From IMG/VR virus record IMGVR_UViG_3300005805_000013, positions 1 to 32,763 of that record: DNA of 32,763 nucleotides; one strand, given 5' to 3'. The notes under the pieces are model-generated. The model saw nothing but the letters and a program-made list of their open reading frames with translations, had not been told where the DNA came from and made no database searches. The DNA is from a virus. Lineage: Duplodnaviria; Caudoviricetes. The translations under genes and the position numbers were made by a program. This document shows, piece by piece, positions 27,643-32,763 of this stretch. The stretch's first letter is position 1. Every line of letters begins with the position of its first letter.

Positions 27643-27790
27643 GGCATAGTCCTAATAGATATAACATTGGGTAATTGACAGCACTCCCAATAGCAAGGCA
27701 AAGGCCGCTGACTAATGCTGTGGTACAGGTTACGAACATTGTTATTGGCACCAATATGACCGCAACTGCAAGATATAAAATGTCTTTCAC
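27608..27790 (-). CDS. Possible small membrane protein (60 aa; holin-like candidate)
   Basis: VKDILYLAVAVILVPITMFVTCTTALVSGLCLAIGSAVNYPMLYLLGLCRGFKKIRTKIK: hydrophobic with a basic tail; GTG lies 5 nt after a minus-strand GTAAATA; no RBS. Confidence 0.4.
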   Translation of the reverse strand: MKDILYLAVAVILVPITMFVTCTTALVSGLCLAIGSAVNYPMLYLLGLCRGFKKIRTKIK

Positions 27791-27840
27791 AAATGTATTT
27801 ACTAATTTTAATTTTGGAGGTAAAAAAGAATAAATAATTA

Positions 27841-27968
27841 TGTAGCACAAAGTTCGCCATACTGAGTGTTACAGATTGGCAGGATTTCCTATTTTCTTGT
27901 CATTTCTTATTATTCCCTAAATGAGAGTAGTAACCCAAAAGCCCCATTTCTCCCAAGTGGGGCTTTTT
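27841..27968 (+). ncRNA. Candidate small RNA (about 128 nt) between a late motif and a terminator
   Basis: ATAAATA at 27830-27836, 5' stem TGTAGCAC/GTGTTACA, pyrimidine-rich middle, 3' terminator; no plus-strand ORF. Confidence 0.55.
27937..27968. terminator. Intrinsic, potentially bidirectional terminator
   Basis: AAAAGCCCCATTT-CTCCC-AAGTGGGGCTTTTT. Confidence 0.8.
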
Positions 27969-27992
27969 CTTTGTTGAAAATATTTGTCGTGG

Positions 27993-28011
27993 TATAAATA
28001 AAGTATAAATA
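27993..28011 (+). promoter_or_regulatory. Tandem TATAAATA late-promoter motifs
   Basis: TATAAATA at 27993-28000 and 28004-28011, upstream of ATG 28036. Confidence 0.65.
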
Positions 28012-28035
28012 AAATTAAACAAAGGGAGTCCGAAA

Positions 28036-28437
28036 ATGGCAAAGAAAATATGGAATGATGGCTTAAAAGGCATCAAGACAGCAAGTAATCCAAAAGGTGG
28101 TGGTCGCGTCAAAGGTCGTGACTACAGCTATCTAAATTTGTATCCAGGAGCACAAGCAGAACACAGATTGAGTTACTGTCGTATGCGAGCACAGGCCAAA
28201 TATCGCAATGAAGGTTGGGACATAACTTGGGAACAGTATCAAGAAATCTGGGAAGGCAAGTGGCACCTAAAAGGTCGTGGTAGTGATGACTTATGCTTGA
28301 CTAGGATTGATTGGGCAGGCCCTTGGACTATGGCTAATGTTAATCTAGTATTCCGATTAGACCATCTACGCAGACAAAGCAAGGAAAGACCCAGTAAAAA
28401 AGGTAGGAAGTTGGGTCCAAGGAAACCTAAAGTATGA
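28036..28437 (+). CDS. Degenerate HNH-like (beta-beta-alpha-Me) nuclease or DNA-binding protein
   Basis: AKYRNEGWDITWEQYQEIW...KGRG..DLCLTRIDWAGPWTMANV resembles the phage 'DRID..GY..NV' HNH-like families; the usual catalytic residues look altered. Confidence 0.55.
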   Translation: MAKKIWNDGLKGIKTASNPKGGGRVKGRDYSYLNLYPGAQAEHRLSYCRMRAQAKYRNEGWDITWEQYQEIWEGKWHLKGRGSDDLCLTRIDWAGPWTMANVNLVFRLDHLRRQSKERPSKKGRKLGPRKPKV

Positions 28438-28721
28438 AAATTGAATTTAAGGTATTCTTAAATGAACAAGACTTCCGTAACATTAGGACGCAGTTTGGCT
28501 TCAATGAAGAAATACTTTGGACACACCAAGAAGCAGTTAAATGGTTAGATAATCAAGGATGTACCAGCATATATACATATGATTATAGTATAGCCAAAGA
28601 TGAACAAATCATAATGAAGACTTATGATGTTGATGACGAAACCGTAACTATGTTTAACCTTAAATTTCCAGAAGTATATAAACCAGTAAGAAATTATGAG
28701 GTAGTGACACTAGTAGTATAA
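28434..28721 (+). CDS. Hypothetical protein (95 aa)
   Basis: ATGA overlap with the upstream gene. Confidence 0.75.
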   Translation: MKIEFKVFLNEQDFRNIRTQFGFNEEILWTHQEAVKWLDNQGCTSIYTYDYSIAKDEQIIMKTYDVDDETVTMFNLKFPEVYKPVRNYEVVTLVV

Positions 28722-28729
28722 ATAAATAT

Positions 28730-29175
28730 AACAAACAAGGCTAAGGTTGGCAACCAATAAATGCTAGTGAATCCGTTCTGATGTGAGACGGTAGCTAATT
28801 CCGATTACTTGTTATTGGGCTTTTAAGCACTAACCCTTACTCAAAGGGCGCCTTAAATCAATCCCCGTGGGACTAATGATTTGCTTAATCGTAATGGTAC
28901 AGACATAAAAATGCTTATGTGTAATATTGACACCTGAAAGTTACACTTAAAAATCGCTGTTGGTTGGGTATGGAGCAGAGCCCAAAGCATTGTCAAATAA
29001 TACGAAATCCAACTGTCTAAGTCGGTGAGAGGACTAAGTGAATGGTTGCTAGACACTCAAATGTGGGTGTCTCGCGGCTCAAGGTTCTAGTGAATGCAGT
29101 AATAAAAACTCCAAGTCAAAGTTCAAGCGAAATAGAATATTTCGCGAAGAACAGATGTCGTAAGACATCTTCGCA
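28730..29175 (+). ncRNA. Candidate large structured ncRNA and/or replication origin (about 450 nt)
   Basis: Largest non-coding gap; preceded by TATAAATA (28717-28724); many stems, ending in GCGAAATA-GAA-TATTTCGC and AGATGTC-GTAA-GACATCT. Confidence 0.55.
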
Positions 29176-29176
29176 G

Positions 29177-29221
29177 TTGACATTAGTCAATAACTCAGCT
29201 ATAATATATGTGTGATAAATA
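29177..29221 (+). promoter_or_regulatory. Perfect sigma70 promoter with a palindrome over the -35, plus a downstream ATAAATA
   Basis: TTGACA(29177-82)-17 bp-TATAAT(29200-05); TTGAC-ATTA-GTCAA palindrome; ATAAATA at 29215-29221. Confidence 0.88.
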
Positions 29222-29244
29222 ATTATGTTATAGGAGAATAACAA

Positions 29245-29670
29245 ATGGCAATATTTAGATACAAAAAATCAATTGATATGCCCCCAAAAGAAGGGCAGAA
29301 GTTCGCGACTACTTATTATAGGCAGAGCCCTGATGAATATGATCGTACCAAACAGCATATCATCTTGGTAGCCACTGAGATAATGGAATTCGTTGATAGC
29401 CACCCGGAATGGGATGAGTTCGTCAATCAACCACTCAAGGGCTTTCCTCGTCTGAATGGCTTACCCAACTACTCAATAAATCAAATACTTTCAGACATCT
29501 TAGACCAAACCAAACAGAACAAAGACTTGCCCAGTGGTATGTTGGGTCGTTGGAGTCGCTTGTTCGCAGATACAGAATACGACATAGAGATGCTACAGGA
29601 GTTCACACCAACTACTGTCAGCCCACGGTTGTTTGAAAATCTCTTTGATCAATGGGCAGGAGCTAGATAG
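29245..29670 (+). CDS. Hypothetical protein (141 aa)
   Basis: AGGAG RBS behind the dual promoter. Confidence 0.85.
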   Translation: MAIFRYKKSIDMPPKEGQKFATTYYRQSPDEYDRTKQHIILVATEIMEFVDSHPEWDEFVNQPLKGFPRLNGLPNYSINQILSDILDQTKQNKDLPSGMLGRWSRLFADTEYDIEMLQEFTPTTVSPRLFENLFDQWAGAR

Positions 29671-29876
29671 TGTTTAATAATCCAGATTGGGATCCGCTCA
29701 AGACACTCAACGACTTGACTATAAATCTCGAAGCACAGAGCCACTTGACATTGAGTATAAGCCAGCAGTTGAATCGACTAGCACAGCAGATCAATAATCA
29801 GAACACAGCTATCACACAGATAGTGGAATACTACAATCAACTGAATAGGCGCATAGCTGAATTGGAAAAATCCTAA
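29670..29876 (+). CDS. Small coiled-coil protein (68 aa)
   Basis: TAGTG coupling; Gln/Asn/Leu heptads. Confidence 0.75.
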   Translation: MFNNPDWDPLKTLNDLTINLEAQSHLTLSISQQLNRLAQQINNQNTAITQIVEYYNQLNRRIAELEKS

Positions 29877-29970
29877 TGCCTTGGTTGGCGGGTCGTTCCA
29901 ACCCGTATTCTCCTAATATAAACCAACCAAAAGACTCCTGGGGTAGTTGGGCAAAACCCCAAACTAATTT

Positions 29971-30249
29971 ATGAAAAAACATCTTATCAAAGACTATGTA
30001 ATGATGGAGTTGGCTAACAACGCTATTATAGACATCCATACTGCTACTGACAGCCAAACGCAAACTTGGATGATACTTAAATACAACGCCACAGAATATT
30101 GGTCGTGTGAAGATTGGACGGAACCTTGGAAGATTTTTTGGGAATATGGCGAAGGAGAGGGCATATTCTATGGCACTGACGCTGAGTTTAACCAGTTTAC
30201 ACGATGGGCTGATGCGGAGCTACAAAGCATAATTTCCGACGATTTGTAG
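29971..30249 (+). CDS. Hypothetical acidic, Trp-rich protein (92 aa)
   Basis: ORF fills the gap before the next promoter; RBS weak. Confidence 0.7.
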   Translation: MKKHLIKDYVMMELANNAIIDIHTATDSQTQTWMILKYNATEYWSCEDWTEPWKIFWEYGEGEGIFYGTDAEFNQFTRWADAELQSIISDDL

Positions 30250-30290
30250 CAAAAAAGCCACAAAAACACCTCAAAAACCACAAAAAACCA

Positions 30291-30319
30291 TTGACTTTTG
30301 GTAAAAATCAGCGTATAAT
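30291..30319 (+). promoter_or_regulatory. Sigma70-type early promoter with an A-tract UP element
   Basis: TTGACT(30291-96)-17 bp-TATAAT(30314-19); phased A-tracts upstream. Confidence 0.9.
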
Positions 30320-30352
30320 GCTGTATATTAACTAAGAGAAAGGTGGTACAAA

Positions 30353-31033
30353 GTGGCTTCAACCAAAGAAATGCAAAGACGGGCTAAAGAGCGTCGTGAG
30401 TTCGAAAAACTCTTCAATGCTATTAATACCGAATGCAAGAAGATCAGTGAAACTTCTGAAAAAATCAGTGTTGATATGGACATCAATCCAGTTGACTATC
30501 GTCGAGGCAACTATTGGAATCGATTATGGGCCGATGACTATAACAAGACAGACAAAGGTAACTATGTCGAAGCCACTGAAGAAGAAGAAGGTATCCAGAA
30601 CTTTGAGATCAAATACAAGGGCAAGGCAGTAGGTTGGTTTAATCTAGTGGATATGATTGGCAGAAATCTTCATAGCCAATTTAACAGACGCGAAATGGCG
30701 GCTATTTACATCCAACCCGAATATCGCGGTTTAGGTATAGCTACGGTAGCATACATTTATGCTATGAACGATTTGGGCTGTAATATGATCGAACTTACTT
30801 ATGAACGAGCATTGAGCCGTATCCATTATTGGCAGGCTTTGGGCTTTAAGCGTGTTATGAGCAGATTTGGTCAAAATGGTAGCCGTAAGGCCTTGGCTAT
30901 ATTGATTACAGACCAAAATAACGGATTACCTTTGAACAAGAACAACATCAATCAAATACGCCAAAGATGCGAGGTAGCGGATTGGCACCACGAAGCCAGA
31001 AAGATAGGCTTGCCCATTGACCAAATCCATTAA
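30353..31033 (+). CDS. GNAT-family acetyltransferase
   Basis: Motif A (IYIQPEYRGLGIAT) and motif B (IHYWQALGF). Confidence 0.85.
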   Translation: MASTKEMQRRAKERREFEKLFNAINTECKKISETSEKISVDMDINPVDYRRGNYWNRLWADDYNKTDKGNYVEATEEEEGIQNFEIKYKGKAVGWFNLVDMIGRNLHSQFNRREMAAIYIQPEYRGLGIATVAYIYAMNDLGCNMIELTYERALSRIHYWQALGFKRVMSRFGQNGSRKALAILITDQNNGLPLNKNNINQIRQRCEVADWHHEARKIGLPIDQIH

Positions 31034-31045
31034 AGAGTGTATAAT
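31017..31045 (+). promoter_or_regulatory. Sigma70-type early promoter
   Basis: TTGACC(31017-22)-17 bp-TATAAT(31040-45). Confidence 0.85.
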
Positions 31046-31078
31046 ACACTTATTATTAACAACTAAGAAAGGCAATAA

Positions 31079-31648
31079 ATGACAAGTTATTTGGTAGTAA
31101 AAACTGGTCTTAGCGGTACAAAAGTAAACGACTTATGGCAGTTAGACATTGGTGGTGAGAGGATAGTACCACTACATCGTCTAACAGGCAACTGGCGAAC
31201 TATCATAATCGATGCCTGCAAGCAAAAGGGTGCCACCGGCACTATGAGCGTGTTAGGCTATCAAAGCAAAGAGCAAGTAGATGAGCTAGTCAAAGACTAC
31301 AATAAAAGTCTACTGGCACTGACTAAGAATATCAACTGGCAACCAGTGGCACGCATAGACGCTGATATCGAAACTATCAACAAAAAATCTGTAGAAGCAC
31401 GCCAGAAGGTATGGGAAGAATTAGCTGAATCTGGTAGGATAGTTATCACCCAACGAGACAGACGGAGTGGGCGTGTTAAACGCTATAATCTAATGAATCT
31501 AGATCACCATCGGTACCAGACCGACAAAGACTATAGAGATTGGTACAAGCGAGAGATGGCAGACATCAAACGCAGGGTCAATGCAGGTGGCGTAGATGTA
31601 TTCAAACCTCATATAACTATGATAGATTCTAACGAGGAGACAGCATAA
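31079..31648 (+). CDS. Hypothetical early protein (189 aa)
   Basis: AGAAAGG RBS; leader identical to that of ORF 97. Confidence 0.85.
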   Translation: MTSYLVVKTGLSGTKVNDLWQLDIGGERIVPLHRLTGNWRTIIIDACKQKGATGTMSVLGYQSKEQVDELVKDYNKSLLALTKNINWQPVARIDADIETINKKSVEARQKVWEELAESGRIVITQRDRRSGRVKRYNLMNLDHHRYQTDKDYRDWYKREMADIKRRVNAGGVDVFKPHITMIDSNEETA

Positions 31649-31854
31649 TGAGATCATTGAAGTGTGGTTTAGCATCATACGACCAAAAAGTAGGTAGTTT
31701 GGCAATGCTTGACTCTATCATTGCCCAATGGAATATAAACCAAAAGCGTGGGCTTGGTAATGATGATTTCACAGAATTGCTCGATATGTTTAGGGCTAAT
31801 ACAATTAGTTACTTAGACTTTTTGGATACCTTGATTGAGAAAGGCGCAGAATGA
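31648..31854 (+). CDS. Hypothetical protein (68 aa)
   Basis: GAGGAG RBS, TAATG coupling. Confidence 0.75.
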   Translation: MRSLKCGLASYDQKVGSLAMLDSIIAQWNINQKRGLGNDDFTELLDMFRANTISYLDFLDTLIEKGAE

Positions 31855-32093
31855 ATCTAATGCAAGATTATATTGAACAATGGCAGGCTGATGGGCATAT
31901 TTGGGGACAAGAAGCTGAAGGCACTAATAGCCAAAGACTTCAAGCCGATAGTTTATACCCGTTGGTTGTAGCCAAACTTCACCAGGCTGGTCTGTTAGAA
32001 GAATGCGGTTGTTCGAGACGCATTTGGGATTATTGTATAGGTGATTTCGGCAGTAATGCTGTTGATGAAATCATTGATGAACTAGTTTGTTAA
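31851..32093 (+). CDS. Hypothetical acidic protein (80 aa)
   Basis: ATGA overlap, GAAAGG RBS. Confidence 0.75.
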   Translation: MNLMQDYIEQWQADGHIWGQEAEGTNSQRLQADSLYPLVVAKLHQAGLLEECGCSRRIWDYCIGDFGSNAVDEIIDELVC

Positions 32094-32105
32094 GGAGGCC
32101 GCAGA

Positions 32106-32297
32106 ATGAAAAACTATAGGATTGTTTATCGTGAAGACGATAGCCCTTGGACAAAAAGCCTTATAGTGGAAAGTAATGAAACAGAAACGCAAGTTAGAAA
32201 ATGGTGGACTGATCAGCATAGCACTTATATGGGTCCAGGAGTTACGAGATGCTCTGTAGATGTTATGTCAGTAAAGGAAGTAGAGGCCGCAGAATGA
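32106..32297 (+). CDS. Hypothetical protein (63 aa)
   Basis: TAAGGAGG RBS. Confidence 0.8.
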   Translation: MKNYRIVYREDDSPWTKSLIVESNETETQVRKWWTDQHSTYMGPGVTRCSVDVMSVKEVEAAE

Positions 32298-32509
32298 GGT
32301 TAGTTGGCAATCGGTTAGATAATATCATTGGAAAACATCACGAGATCGATGGTGAAATACTACGAGCCATATGGGGATATGGTAGTGATGATAATGGATT
32401 ACTAATATGGATAGATAAACAACAAAATCCCAAATACAAAGCAGGTGTATGGTTTAATAGCAAAAATACTATTACCAAATGTTATAGTCCTTTTGAAAAG
32501 GTTGTATAA
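32294..32509 (+). CDS. Hypothetical protein (71 aa)
   Basis: ATGA overlap and GAGG RBS favour a start at 32294 over 32249. Confidence 0.72.
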   Translation: MRLVGNRLDNIIGKHHEIDGEILRAIWGYGSDDNGLLIWIDKQQNPKYKAGVWFNSKNTITKCYSPFEKVV

Positions 32510-32601
32510 TGGACGAACTAGAATTCTGGCAAACTTATCAGCAATGGGAAGAATATTTCGCCTCTTTAGTTAAAAATAAACAAAAAGAGCCCCAATCCTA
32601 A
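32509..32601 (+). CDS. 30-aa peptide MDELEFWQTYQQWEEYFASLVKNKQKEPQS
   Basis: TAATG coupling and AAAGG RBS; TAA at 32599-32601. Confidence 0.6.
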   Translation: MDELEFWQTYQQWEEYFASLVKNKQKEPQS

Positions 32602-32608
32602 CTAAAAT

Positions 32609-32685
32609 GCCTCGAAACTGCCGGGGCGGGGTGTATAGTTCCACCCTTCCTTATAGACCTAGTTGCAAGGGTGCAGTTAGCAACC
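32609..32685 (+). ncRNA. Candidate pseudoknotted RNA motif, copy B
   Basis: P1 GCCTCG/CGGGGC (32609-14/32622-27); loop AACTGC (32616-21) pairs with GCAGTT (32673-78) inside GTTGC-N13-GCAAC (32662-84). Confidence 0.7.
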
Positions 32686-32763
32686 TAAAAAAGCACTCTT
32701 TGAGTGCTTTTTTTGTGGTTGACTTTTGGCCGAAATGGTGCTATAATAGCTATATTATTAACA
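32685..32763 (+). repeat. Direct terminal repeat, right copy
   Basis: Identical to 1-79. Confidence 0.95.

Noticed and set aside
27608-27790. A complete lysis cassette
   Set aside because: Only a weak holin-like ORF is present; no endolysin or spanin motif was recognised nearby or elsewhere.
28772-28795. Hammerhead ribozyme at CTGATG
   Set aside because: The sequence is CTGATGTGA, not CUGANGA, and there is no properly placed GAAA.
28730-29175. tRNA, tmRNA or self-splicing intron
   Set aside because: No cloverleaf or T-loop consensus and no group I/II core motifs recognised; the region does not interrupt a gene.

Overview
The window is an apparently complete, circularly assembled genome of a small tailed phage (siphovirus-type tail). 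Bases 1-79 are identical to 32685-32763, giving a unit length of 32,684 bp. It encodes a full virion module: terminase small/large subunits, portal, scaffold, major capsid, head-tail proteins, tail tube, a lambda-type G/GT chaperone pair with a GGGAAAG -1 frameshift site, tape measure, distal tail/hub proteins and about 13 kb of tail-tip, adhesin and fibre genes. A block of small early genes sits behind five near-consensus sigma70 promoters. I recognise no DNA polymerase, helicase, primase, integrase, repressor, sigma factor or endolysin. Main leads: (1) late genes are preceded by a T4-type late-promoter motif (T/C)ATAAATA although no gp55-like sigma is encoded, suggesting a virophage-like phage that depends on a larger helper phage; (2) two copies of a pseudoknotted RNA motif with compensatory base changes just upstream of early-operon terminators; (3) a ~450-nt structured non-coding region behind a late motif, near a degenerate HNH-like gene; (4) one Ig-like (Big_5-type) domain split between two adjacent tail proteins; (5) short structured RNAs displaying anti-Shine-Dalgarno/anti-AUG sequences. 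All family assignments are by eye from motifs and synteny; no searches were run.
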